The position numbers and the translations under genes are program-made. From Thalia democratica (taxonomy: Eukaryota): 64,000 bases of DNA. The notes beneath the pieces were generated by a model. That model made no database searches. It saw only the letters and a program-made list of their open reading frames with translations, and had not been told where the DNA came from. Shown here one piece after another: positions 14,701-28,000 of the stretch (within the stretch, counting starts at the first letter, position 1; each line of letters opens with the position of its first letter). The stretch spans positions 8,680,001 through 8,744,000 of the forward strand of contig OZ241829.1 in NCBI GenBank assembly GCA_965202585.1. Direction: 5' to 3'.

Positions 14701-17700
14701 ACCACTCGAAATCGCTGTTAAAAAGACGAAAATCTTCCAATTGTCACGTTGAGCACATACAACAGCCTGAGACGCGGAGCCGAGAAAAATTAAGTTCGGT
14801 GTTCAATTAACACGGAATGTTTAACGACACAGTGTCGTATATTACCACTCGAAAAACCTGATCTGAGTGCCTTTTCTGTTGGTAGAAAAACCAATCAATC
14901 TGCCATCAGATGCCAAGGCACGAAAGTAAATTTAACAAATTTCAAATTAATTACGCAGACATTTTTATAGTTTAATTAAAATGTATTTTTATCGGTTGGT
15001 CGGCGTTAACAGTCGATGGATCATTGTTTTACTGTAAACTTTGGCATATTGATTAATGAGGACATTTTTAAGCTAGCTTGTGCCTTTAAGTTAACTTGAC
15101 TAACCTAGTTTAAATTAATTTAAAACTAATTTTTTTGTAGAAGCTTTTTTGAAAAGTTCTTTAATTTTAAGAAATGTGTTCATGTTTAGTTTTTAGTTTT
15201 ATTAAAGTTTAAAATATGAATATAAGAATTGTTTACTACTGAATTATAAAACACTATTTAAAATAAAGAACTTTGAATACAGAACTAGCTTAGTTTTAGA
15301 AACATTAACAAACTCCTAATTATAAGATTAAGTTCAAAAAAACTCAAATAAATTTTTATTAAACGTTTTTAATCAGTTAATATTGTAAAATTTAAACATT
15401 GTAAAAAAAAAACTGTGTGAACACTAGTAGATATTCACAGAAAAATTTAACACGAACGAAAATTACAGCACTAAAACAGTTTATTTATTTTTAGTAAACA
15501 CCATTTTTCGATCATAATATTTTAACCATCAAATATTAATTGCCTTTGAAACCCCCACGCATCGATGTAGTCATGAAAAGACCGTTTTCGTTTGTGTCAA
15601 CACAAATCAAAGCTAATTACTCTTAAAAACATCATTCATGTTCTCAGTGTGGGTCCTCAAATCTGCGCCCACCCTGCGTTTCCATTGAGACCAGGACCCC
15701 AATTAATCAAGGTTTAAAGCGGCTTGTAATCGCTTGTTGCCGGTATTTACGTGATTAAAAGCGCGGCGCTGTCGACATGTGCTCGAGTCGTGATCCGCGC
15801 ATAATTGCCAATTAATCACAATGTGTTTTGCGCGCGATGCGCCGTGACATTTTTGCGGGTTACTAATGGCACGCATGTTTGGTATGGCACCGTTCCGCCG
15901 TAACGTCCTTACACAACTTTTGAAAGCGGACCGTTTTGTAGTTTCTGTTGCCCCAACGTCGAAAATAGACTCGCTTTGAGTTAATTGCTGAAGTTTGGCG
16001 GCTACGTGATACTGCTTTTTATAGAAGGGTTAGAAATTGTGGGTATGAGAATTCGGTTTCCACTCTAATTGCTGTTGCTGGTGTACCAATTAACAGCAGT
16101 TTTAAGTGAAAATATTCTAGCTTGCACGTTTGTATATTTATATAACCATCCGGCCGACTTTTCTAGTTAGAACTAGCCATAAGTAAACACTAATTATTAT
16201 AACTTGTTTAAGAATTCATCAAAACTAACTTAAAGTTTACTAAAAGAACTTTGAGCGTTTGTTTTTCTAACGTCCACAAATAGTTGTTGCTAACGTGAAA
16301 TCTAATAACAGTTTTTATTGAAAACATTTTAGCTTGCACGTTTATATAAATATTTAACTATTTAATCGACATTTCTAGTTAGAACTATTCATATATAAAC
16401 ATTAATGCACTTAACTAAAAATTTTAGCTTAACTAAGCCTTTTAAGTGATGGCTGGACAAGTTTTAAGAAATAGATTAATAACTATATAATCAAGACAAG
16501 AAAAATTTAGTTTGATGATTTCTAATTTTTGTATGTTTAGAGCTTCAGTACAAAACATAGTAGATCGTAAGATAGTAAAAAATTGTGATATAAAACGCTT
16601 TTATACCTGATAAAACTATTAGGTTTAAAGTTAAAAGGAATATGCGATTACTAAAAAATAAGCAAGGTACCTAAATATTTTTTCTATGAATAGATAAAAA
16701 ATGGGCACTTGTGTATATTCGAAAATAAAGAAATACCGGTACAGTAAGACAACATGTTTAAGCTTTTTAACAACATTAGTACTTATTATTTATCTCTAAA
16801 AAGTTAAAGAATATCAACAAAAAACACTTATAGTATTTGTTTAAGTACACCTAGTATATTTAACCTCAAACTTATATTAGGTTTGTGGTTTTTCTGTAAA
16901 GCTTTTTGAAATTCATAACAGTATCTAGCTTTATAAAATCATTGATCGATTGTATTTAGTGTATTAAAAAGTAAAACTAAGAGTTTTTTGTTTTTACAAG
17001 TATGAACAAAATTACTACCTTTTTTAAATTTTAAAGCAAAAGGATTTACAGCCAACCAAGCCACTAAAACATTTAGTTCAAATCACCACCACCAAACTTT
17101 CACATCATAAAACCGCATGTATTAATCTTTTATCGCGCGTGAGTCATTCGCGCGCGTCAAAATCACTGCATTATGACGTCACAGCAGTAGCTAAAAAGTG
17201 TGACAAGTCAGAACGGCGCCTTCGCAATCCAGTAGCCTTCAGTTCACCTCGACTTTTCGATATTTTCTTTTATCAATATGTTGTTGCGATGAAAGTCACT
17301 TTTTAATGCATCCTCTAATCTGTTCAGTTTAATGTGAAAATGTTTTAATTTTTTTTACTAAAGGTATTGAGATTCGAAATGTTTTGAATAAAATGAAAGT
17401 AAAAGTTCGTTAAACACTAGAATTCTTTGTGTCTGTAATTTTTAAAAATGATTTGAAAATTTAGTACACTAAATTAAGTTTTGAGTATTTTTTAGTGAAA
17501 TCAGAACAACTTATTCCAAAGCGCAACTAAAAAACTTTTAACCATGTAAACAAACTTGTGTTGAGTTCTAATCGAAGTTAACAAAACTAATTACTTGCTA
17601 AAACTTTTTCAGGTTTAATATGTACAAACATAGCTTTTGTGTAAATAACAAAAACACTTTTTAAATTATTTAGTATACTTTTAAATTGTTATATTAGTAG

Positions 17701-20700
17701 CTCAGCTAAAGACATGACGTAGCCAGCCTTATCTCCGCAAAAACAGAAACAAGCAGTTAACAATTGTAAAGCCAGAGTGCTCCATCTTAATCAACTTTCG
17801 TTGATAATTAACAGCCGATTTAACGCCCATTTGCAACAACCGAACACTCTGATAAACTCCCAGATAACGAAGTGATTGAAAGGCTCCCACTCGCTCGGCT
17901 TAATTAAGCCGCTAACCTGGCGAACGGCGGTTCAATTGAAAGTTGCTGCTAATTCGTCAGACGAAATTAAACGCTCAGCTAATCCCCGGTGGCGCCCGAA
18001 TTTTAATTGATTCAATTTCGGCAAATCAAAGCGCAAAATTGTGACGTCACAATGAGATCGGGCGGCGATTAATCGGTGTCGCTTAATCCGACGTAACCCG
18101 GTTGTAATGATCAACAGTGTGACGTCACAGCAGCGGTCTCATTATGACGTCACTGTAGCGCGGAATTCGGCACTTTTTTTCGAGCAGCTTTCACTCGCGC
18201 TTTTCGTTTCAGCAGAAATTTTCAATTTTACGGTCACTTTTTAACGTCTGCTTTTGGCATCACCTCTACTTCAATGATAACGAGTTTGGCATCTTTTTGC
18301 TTCTACGTGCTTACAATTTGTCGCACGGTAGCTTGAAAAGACCAACTCGTAATGGCCGGGTTGTTAGCTCGTGTCAAGTGGCAATTTCAACATTTCGCTC
18401 GTCTTTCGTTGAAAAGTGGCTGTCACACGAGCAATTTGCAGCAGTAAACAACTCGAATTTTTCTGGTTTAAAGCCCAGATAACACGATAAACACTCAATA
18501 AAATGTAGAAGCGCCGAAATTGCTCGAAATTATTATTATCTCGACACAGTGGTTGGAAAATGAGATAACAAATTTCGAGTATATGTTAGTGGACAAGCCA
18601 GGCTGAATGTCGCATGGTAATTTTTATTTATACTTGGTGTCGTCAACAAAATTCAAAAATGACGTCTAGCTAAGTTTTTCTGTCCTAAAAGTTTTGGTTA
18701 TGCAAGATACGTTATGCAAGTATAGAAAGTAGCGTAATGTATTTTTCAGAGCCTATTTTCAATCAAAACTGTGAAACAAATATGGACGGGGTCCTGTCAA
18801 CGTTTGGGGCTTCGAGGCACGCTTATCAACAAATTGGCTAATTAAGGCGAAGACGCGCGACCTTTCAGATTTTTCAATTTCGCTACAATTTTTTCTTATT
18901 CTTTGTGTAATCCGGCGCGGCTTTGTCAAACTTCACATTTCCCGTGTCACGGCCCTTCCTGTTAGCGCGCACAAAAAAAAATAACTTTGATGGCATTACC
19001 AGCGGATTACGCTAATCACCCGCCCACTCGCGTGCCCCTTGCAACGTCCCTGGTACGTTGATTGACGGCGACGCCAGAAGCGGTCAAAAGCCACATTCGT
19101 CTGGACGCATGTGTCGGGCGCGCGCGCCAACTCGTCGAATCGTTGTCGGGATTAAGTTTTGCTGCTGTCGATTGTTTGCGCGAGTTGCTTTGTTGTGCGC
19201 GCAGTGATCTGGTGGCATTTGCTCGAATTAATTAGCCTGCGATTGTTCGAGCCGAATGGGCAATGAGTTTGTTAGTAAAAGTTTTTGAAACTGTTTTTTG
19301 AGTTGAAACATTAGTTGGGCGCATTGATGCCTTTTAGTTCATTACAAATGAGGTGTAAAAAACAGCTAAATTTATATTTTCTGTTACAAGTTAAATGAAG
19401 TCGTAGTTGATTCCAGTGTTTGCTTGGTTGAGACAACAAAACTGTGTTGAGGCAAGTTTCAAGTTTAAATAGATGTCCGACGTAGATTTATTTACTGTGG
19501 GATTTATGAAGTAGCTAGGTAAAGTTTGTATTAATTGTGCTTTTAAAATATTCATTAAATAGATTTGGGTGACAGTGTATGATGCAGCTTTATTTAACTT
19601 GAAAGATATATTTTAAAAAAAAATTTTAAAAAAACAAGCTTCTTAGTTTAGGTAGTGGTTTAAATATTTGAAAACCTATAAATTAGTAGATACTTTTGAA
19701 AAATAAATTGGTAAAGAAATAATGAACTGTTACAAACAAATTCTTGCCTGACTGGAACTTGTAACTTTTTTTTGACAAAATCTCAAATGGTAACATTGTT
19801 AATTTAATTATTTAAATGTTAATTTATTTTTATACTTTTCGATAAACGTAATATGCTTTTTTCTTCTTAGTAAAAACAATTTCACACTTCTTAGTACCTT
19901 AAAAAGTTTATTATAGCAGTTTATTATAGAACAAAGTAGTAAATGAATTAATAATTTAAATGTATTTAGGTAGTTTATTACTTTTTGATATGCTTTTTAA
20001 GTGAAGAATTTGTTACTTAAGTTTATGTTAACACTTTTAAATTTATTAATAAGTTACTAAGAGTTTAAAATTACTAGCTTCGAACAACTAAAAAAATATT
20101 AAGGCAATTAGGAGCCTAGTTAGTACTTCTAATTACATTAAAACAGACAATTTTTTTTCTTACAATCATATTTTTGTTTGAATGCTTTAATTGTTTTCAG
20201 TTATTTTCAGCGTGTTTTTATTTGTAATCTAATGCGTTTACAGCGCTTGAGACATAAGAGTAGAAAAATAAAAATTACAGCCGGTTCGTTAATCAGACAT
20301 AAAAAGTTGTATCTCCGCAAAATCAAAGCTCATAAAACCCCGCTAATTCTCCAGGTAGTACTTTGACGAATTTCGATCACAAAACTGTCGCTGTTAACAT
20401 CCAAAAAAGTCGACTTCAAACACAAATATTGTAATTTTTTCATACATGTGCAATGAGACTTGTTTACGAGACGATAGTCACACGAAATTACCCAGGCAGG
20501 AGATTAGAGGTAGTGGTACAAATAGATAACTTTCATGTACGAATTCATGAAATTTATCAGGCCACAGTGAGACCGTACAACCGAAGTATTGTGTGTGCAG
20601 GATTGTGCAATGCGGGCATTTGTTTAAATTATAAAATATATATTTGTATATAGTTTGTATTAGTGCGGTTGAAGTTTAGCAGTTTTTGAAATTTGACAAA

Positions 20701-21140
20701 CAAACCCTAGTTTTTGCTGAAAAAAAACTGTTAACTTTTACGTTTAGCAGTTAATAATTTTTAATAATTATTTAAATAATATTACGAAATTAAATTGATT
20801 AACTTAAAATTGTTTGAATTATGTTTTTCAAACCTTCTTAGTCCCGTTCCCACAAAACGATTTAGCATTAATCACAAGTTTTCTATTTCGCAATCAGCTA
20901 CGAAAACTTCAGCGCTACTTTTATGCTCTCTAGCGCCGTTTGCGGCGAGACACGAGCGTCGAAAGTGATGCGAAGGAAAAAAGTTATTTCGACGTAAAAG
21001 ATTAAGCGAGGGGTTTTAAAAGGTTCGGTTTACCGCAGTAGCAGTGGCGATCGCAACTGAAAATCGCATGGAGTGTTGTTGAGACGTCCATTGCGAATGT
21101 GACGATTTGAATTAGTTCGTGAGACTTGTTGAGCAAATTT
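2780..21140. promoter_or_regulatory. Upstream cis-regulatory landscape of Tbx2/3: series of GC-richer, CpG-retaining non-coding islands
   Basis: Islands of about 200-900 bp (e.g. ~2.8-3.06, 4.3-4.7, 5.1-5.6, 7.1-7.7, 8.15-8.45, 9.7-10.05, 11.5-12.0, 12.3-12.8, 13.2-13.75, 14.5-14.95, 15.55-16.0, 17.7-18.6, 18.8-19.3, 20.85-21.1 kb) separated by AT-rich spacers. No credible protein product. Rich in TAATT/GGATTA, TGACGTCA and CAGGTG motifs. Confidence 0.6.
16092..16406. repeat. Imperfect direct repeat of about 103 bp (16092-16194 and 16304-16406)
   Basis: Shared tagcttgcacgttt and tttctagttagaacta blocks at the same spacing. Confidence 0.75.
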
Positions 21141-21689
21141 GTGAATGTTTTAGTGTGTTCAGAACTTTTTTTTCCAATTTTTTTATTGAATTTTAGGATT
21201 TTTTGTAAATGGTACTTTTTAAAGTAAAATCTAACATAAGTATAAAGTATTAAGAATATATAAAAAAAAAAATTTGATAAACAATTCTATAATTGCAGAA
21301 ACATTAGAATTTACAATAATAGAAACAATGGTCAAAATAACTATTAGTTTGATGGAACTTGCGTAAATGTACATTATAATGTTTTAAAGCCAAGTTTAAA
21401 GTCTCAAAATTTAAAAAAAAAGTGCAATGGTTTTTAGTAAATAGACTACAATAAAAGAATAATCTATACATCAGTCGAGTAGTATAAAAACTATTTTTAG
21501 ATAGTGTGGTAAATACTATAAGTATATTGTTATGATTAACACTAAAACAAATAACAAATAATGTTAGTAAGCCAGCAAATTATTTCGTTAACGACTATCA
21601 AGCTTAATGATATAAATTAAAATAAATATTAAAAATATTCACATGAGAATTTATTCATATACAATCTTAACTTTTAACAACTTCAATAC

Positions 21690-21699
21690 TTTTCTACAG
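21690..21699 (+). promoter_or_regulatory. Splice acceptor 26 nt upstream of the Tbx2/3 ATG (cis 5' exon or trans-splice site)
   Basis: cttcaatacttttctacag|TTTATATAAAG...CAAATG: pyrimidine tract plus CAG. Confidence 0.55.
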
Positions 21700-21725
21700 T
21701 TTATATAAAGCTAAAAACGAATCAA

Positions 21726-22093
21726 ATGAACGGAATGATCCAAGACCCGCTGAAGATGAAGCCCACATTCCCACCCCAAGCCCCCACGACAGGCTACCCC
21801 CCGAACCTCATCGGGCCCCACGGAAACTGGTCGCCTGGCAACCACCTCCCCGATAAATTCCCCCCGACCTTCTACCCCTCTCCCCTCCACCCACTGCAAC
21901 TCCCATACTTCCCCCCTTTCAACATGATGAAGAACCCGATGATGACGTCATTCTACCACGGGGACAAGATGACGTCACCTTGTCATGACGACGACGGGAA
22001 GCCGGACGACCCGAAGGTGGAGCTGGAAAACAGCGACCTCTGGCGGAAGTTCCACGACATCGGCACCGAGATGGTTATCACCAAGACGGGCAG
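21726..22093 (+). CDS. Tbx2/3: Tbx2/3 coding exon 1 (Pro-rich N-terminus plus start of T-box)
   Basis: ORF 21726+; ends GGC AG|GTTAGC (phase 2), the conserved TGR|R T-box intron position. Confidence 0.92.
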
Positions 22094-25000
22094 GTTAGCG
22101 TGGCAACTGTTTTTTTTTATTTTTTAATTTTTAATAAAGGTAATTATGAAAATTTAAATTTAATTGGAACTTAAACAAATTTACTTTGGCTAACACGTAA
22201 AAAAAAACTATAATGTAAAATATTGTTTTTTACAGTTATTTTAATAGATCCTTCAAAAAAGCAAAATTGTAAAAGCTAACCTAACAAAAAATTGTGTAAT
22301 ACAGAACAGTTATTCGATGATTTTATTTAATAAGAATAACTTTGTTTAATTAAAAATTAACACCAGAACAACGGTTTTGGATTTTCAGGTTTTACGAGGT
22401 CGTATAATTAGGTGTTAGATCACTTATACAGCATCATAGTTTTAAAGTAGAATGGAATATTGTTAAACTAAATCTATTAGATACGTATGTTTTTAAATAA
22501 AAACAGATAAGTTAAAAAATATCGACATTGATCAGCTCACAGTAATTTTTATGTACAATTTGCTTACGCACTTATCTCAATTACTTTTTCACACTTACGC
22601 CATTTTGTCGAGCAAACTTTGACAACTTTTCATTAAACTTCATTGATAAGACTAGATACATAATAAAATTCAATAAAAAAAAAATATATAAATTAATTGA
22701 GCACAGATTTCTTTTAAGTCATCTGTGTTTAGAAGTAAGAAAATTAAAAATGTTATTCTATGGATTTATAAAATAAAACTTTACGTTATAAAACAAAAAT
22801 AGTCTTATGTAATATACACGTATACAATTTATTTTATGTCTTATTATATTTCAATAAAATCCTTAAAATAAAAAGAAATAAAATAGAAAACAATTAATCG
22901 TTTCTTTTATAAACTGTTTAAATTTCCATTATAGCTGACATATTGGGCTAATTGATTAGCCAGTCCTTTTTCAACAGGTAATAAAAGATTAAAGTATTTG
23001 ATTTTCGAGCTGTTAAGATTGCATACAAGAAACCACAAAACGAGTTTCTTTATTCTAAATGAGTTAAATAAAAGAAAATTAAAACTAGTACAAAGTGCAA
23101 AATTATAAAAGTTTGTCAGTCATTTTTAACTTATCGTTTTAAGTTATATTTTTACAAAATTTTAATTTTTAGAATAAAAGAATAGTCATTTATATATAAA
23201 TGTATGTCGTAATATCAAGTAAAATAAACATTTTTGTAATGTTTTAAACAAGATAGCTTTAGGTTAATCTGTATTAGCTTTACACATTAATTTTAGGTAA
23301 AATTGTATACATTAGTTTTACCAAAACTAGGATTGCTGCGGTTTAAGACGGGGTTTGGCTTTACACTATGTTATTACGTATATCCTGATAACTAACTTTT
23401 TTTTTTTTTTAATTTTTAAATATAAATGATTAAAACAAATAATTTGTAATTTTTTCCATTACTTCAATTAATCACATGCAAGTTTTTCCGATACGCTTTA
23501 ATTTTGTTTCCCAACTTCAATATACTGTATGCTAATCAAATGCCATTTGCCTTGTTACAGACGTGTATTACTCTAACTATTCATAACTTTACTAACATTT
23601 ACATAATTAGTGATCCAGACTTTAGTTTATTTTTAAGTCAAATATGAGTTAATACAAACTTTTAGTAAATTAAAGCTAAAAAATCACCTATGATATAGTT
23701 TACAATGTTCAACTATTTTTTTTAAATATGAAGTTTGTTTATTTATTTTGAAGATACATCGGTATTATAATATAATATTAGTTTAAGAAAATGAAAAGTA
23801 AAACTATATAAATAAAATAGTCAAGAACACTACCTTAAATATTACTCTTAATGTTTTAACTAAAGTATTTTTTTCAAGTATTGTGCAACTATATAAGACT
23901 AACAGGTAGCAAGAAGCATTGTTGGCTGGTAAATAACTTGCATCTGAAAAACAAACAGTCGTTTTAATTAAACTTTATTCTAAATATAAGCGCAACGTGA
24001 GAAACTGTTAAAAATCGGCGAGTTTTTAATTACTAAATTATTAACTTGTACTGTACGCGCGTGTTATGGAGATTAGCAAATAATTAACCACGAAGCAAAA
24101 ATTTTTGTGTATTTCGTTAGTTAAGCTGTTTATAGAGGAAGAGGGGCAGTTTAATTAATTGTAATCAGGTATAACCTTTTGAAACATTACGTAGTTCTTT
24201 TTAACTCATAATAACTTCAGTAATTGAGTATTAAACAAAAAAGCTTAAGTTTTGCAAAAAAGTATGAAAATTATTGCATAGTTTTAATTCAGGTTCATAA
24301 AATATTTAAATTTTGAATTAAAATGCGACCGTGACCGGAAAGTCTGAAAATTCCGCTCCAACACATAATTAATATCCTATAAGAAGGCTGTAATCCTTAA
24401 TTATCGCTAATAGAGCATTAAAAACGCTTCGTTTGATACTTTTGTTGCTGAATTAAGATAATGCGCCGTTATTTTAATTTGCGATTAACAGGATACTTCT
24501 GTCTGTGAACGATTATTCTTTAAGTTTCTTTTTTTTGGATACAAAATTGCAAAAAAAAAATTGCTTAATTGCAACTTCTTTTGCTGCATTCAACAGGAAA
24601 ATATTAATGTCTATCAAACTTGTCTCACTGCATACGAAAGTCCAGGCTTATGTCTGTAAGATTTCACTGATGTTTTTGTTGTCTATAAAATTGTTACACT
24701 TTAAGTGATTATTTTGAAGAAAGAGTGGTAACTTTAGTTCCAGATTAGCAGTTAAATAGTTCTGTGTAGGAATCAATTAAAATTTAGGTAAATCTATTTG
24801 AATAAAAAACTGTGTGAGTAATAATATCAATCAAATATGCAAAAATAATGCTATAATTACAACTTGTGCTGCTGTAATCAACATTGCATGTTGAAATTTT
24901 AGTTTAAGAATAATTTTTTTTTCTTTGAATGAAACGATTGCACTGTAGGATATTTTTAAGTTAAATCTGCTTATAGTTAAAATATTAATAAAATATTCAA

Positions 25001-28000
25001 AATTACATTACTAATTGCACTTTCAGCTACTGCATTCACCATTGCTGCACACTCTTGAAAACTTTCAGCACAATACCCACTTCAAACCTCACTGTTTATT
25101 TTCCCCCCTATACTACTTTGCTACTTTTCCCGATGAATCACCCGGTTTGGAGCGTTTATCGCAGATAAGCCGCTTGATTCGCCAAAGATAATCTGGTGAT
25201 TTTAATTTGCGATTAATCAGAAAGTATTTCTCCGTCTGCCAAAAATTTTAGACGAATTTTCGGGCTCGTAATTAATTGTAAAAATTGTGTTATATGGGTT
25301 TTAAAAAATATGAGAAATATAAATTTTAAATAGACTTTTTTTTAATGTTATAACGGCTTAAAATAGAAAATTTATGTGTTTATTTTTTTTTCTTTTTAGT
25401 TATTACGTCACAATATTAGTAATAAAAAGTTTGAGTTATTTTGTACAACATTAGATTGATTTCAAGTTCACAAAAGCAAATTTGAACTATTAAGTAGTAA
25501 ACCTATTCCACTAAATCCAAAAGCAGCACATCAGATTAGCGAAAAGTAGTAATCGATTTTCTGACTTTCATAAAGAATGCAGTTTAAACAAGTCGTTTCT
25601 TACTTTCGTAATTACACGCTCTTAAACCGTAGCAAGTTCACTCTGGACTTTAAAACTTTTTTTCTTTTGCGGTGAAAACAAACAAAAATTCCAAGCAAAA
25701 CCGTCGACATGAAAATTGTTTGTGCTTTGAAAACACTCAGTAGAAAATAAATCGAACTCAGAAACGAAAAAATTGATAAAAATATTCAAGTAAATTTTTA
25801 AGAGCGATATCAAGCATTCTTGCTTGGCAACGCGACATATGCGTAACTTGTCGCCATAACAACGGCGAAAAACACGAGACGAGCTTCCAAGGGACATCAT
25901 GAGACAACAGGTCACTTCAACAGTGTAGAAGCCGCATCATGTTTTTATATGAAAAATGTCGCTCGTTTAATTCTTGTCACAGCGTCTCTGTGATTTTTCG
26001 TAACAGCGTCAACGTTAATAGCTGTGCTGGTAGCCTTCACTTTTAAATCTCGTCATTCATCACTGAATAAAAACAAAACTTAAATGTTTTACTGTGATAA
26101 GGTTAATGGACTTCTAACCTAACAACTAAAATTAGAAAAAATTTAACCCCTCAACAATTAAGACATGATAAGCTGCCAATATACAGACTGGCCATCACAA
26201 GATACAAGACCTTTCGAACATTGAACTTTTCGTCCACCCTGTTACGTTGGCATCGCACCAACACACTGCAGGAATGTTGCCACAACACATGCTTGTAATG
26301 AGGGCATACTGATATGGTAATTGTAATTAGTTCCGTTATATACATCCCTATCAAGTAACAACACATCCCTATCAAGTAATTAGCTGGATTGTCCAACAGC
26401 AACTGTTGATCACCGTTGAAAATCGCAATACATACTTAATATATTAAAAAAGGTTACATATTTTTTTGAGCGTAAAATTTTGAACATGCAAAGTTTATAC
26501 TTTAAAGCCTAGTCAGTGTTATTTTTGTGAAAAGTTGTTGTGTGCAAAAATAAACTTTGTGGTATATTTTTGAAAATGGACATAAGCTTTTGATTTTGAT
26601 ACCAAACTTGTTAGAAAAAAAATATCGATATGTGCATCTATATATTTTTTATTCTTCACGGAAATTTAAGCTTAAAATTTGAAGCAGGTTTTTGTGCCAG
26701 TATGTGGACACTATGTCGAAATTTTATAGTTCTTGAGGTACATTATACAAAAAAAGTTTAGTTTTTTAGTTTTGGTGTAAATAATAATGGTTTATATGGA
26801 AGTAAGTGAACATATGTTTGGAACTTTAAATTAAACGCTGTTTTTAGATTGACGCTTTTGGAGATATTGAACTTCAAGCGTTAAATTAATTCTAAAAAAT
26901 CATACAAACAGTTTTTTTTTTGTTAAAGTTAGAACGAACAACTGTTACTAAAATTACTTATCAAAATATTCAACTTTGTACTTTTTACAGGAGAATGTTT
27001 CCTTCGATGAAAGTAAAAGTAAGTGGATTGAACAAGAAAGCAAAATACATTATGCTGATGGACACAGTGTCTTCGGATGCTTGCAGGTATATATACATTT
27101 TTAATAGTAGAAGTATAAATAGTTGTATTGAAAGTTAAATTTATTTATGTATTTATTTATATTTTAAACTTGCTATCAAATTATAAAACAAACTTAAATC
27201 TTTTGAATGAACAATATCATTTTTGAAAGGTAAAACGTATTATGTGTTATATTTTATTCCAAAAAACAACAATTAACAAAAAAATGATTTAACTCATTAT
27301 CAAAAGTCAATAATTTACCCACAAACGGGCCATTCAAAATTAATTAAAGCTTCTTTATTAAAAAATTTTACATGAAATTTATCAGATTTCACTAACTTAA
27401 AATATTTTCTCACCAACAGGTACAAATTTCACAATAGTAGGTGGATGGTTGCGGGTAAAGCCGATCCTGAGTTACCCCGTAGAACCTACATACACCCTGA
27501 CAGCCCTGCCACAGGTGAGCAGTGGATGAACAGACCCGGTATATCATTCCACAAACTGAAATTGACCAACAACATTTCGGATGGAAACGGACACGTAAGT
27601 TTATACACTTATGTATTAAAAATAACAATAGTTTATTAAATAAAAATTACTTATAAAAAATAAGATTTTAAGTTATAGTTATATTAGAATGAAACGTTCT
27701 CTTCTACCTACATGTTTAATATGAAGTAAAAATGAAAGACTACAAGTATGTGTAACTTTTAAATAGAGAAAGTATAAGAAAGACTACATAGACTGAGATA
27801 TAACATGTAGAGTAATATATTTAAACTACAAATATTTAAAATATGTTTAGTTAGGTTAATTTAAGTTTAAAAAACAAATTTTCTATATTTTTATTGTATG
27901 TTTACTTATAAGAGATTATTGTAATCAAAAGAGCGCACTATTTTTAAAAGAATATTCAAATGAAGTATTTTTACATGAACAATGTGTTTTACTACACGCC

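Noticed and set aside
4300-20653. Roughly 20 short ORFs (60-80 aa) in the upstream region, including 5444-5683 and 5835-6032
   Set aside because: No recognisable domains, many non-ATG starts, no consistent splice-flanked frames; expected by chance in GC-richer islands.
26151-26402. 83-aa minus ORF with an internal repeat (YLIGM twice) in Tbx2/3 intron 1
   Set aside because: The repeat comes from a 21-bp tandem duplication (26342-26379); no frame resembles a protein or transposase I recognise.
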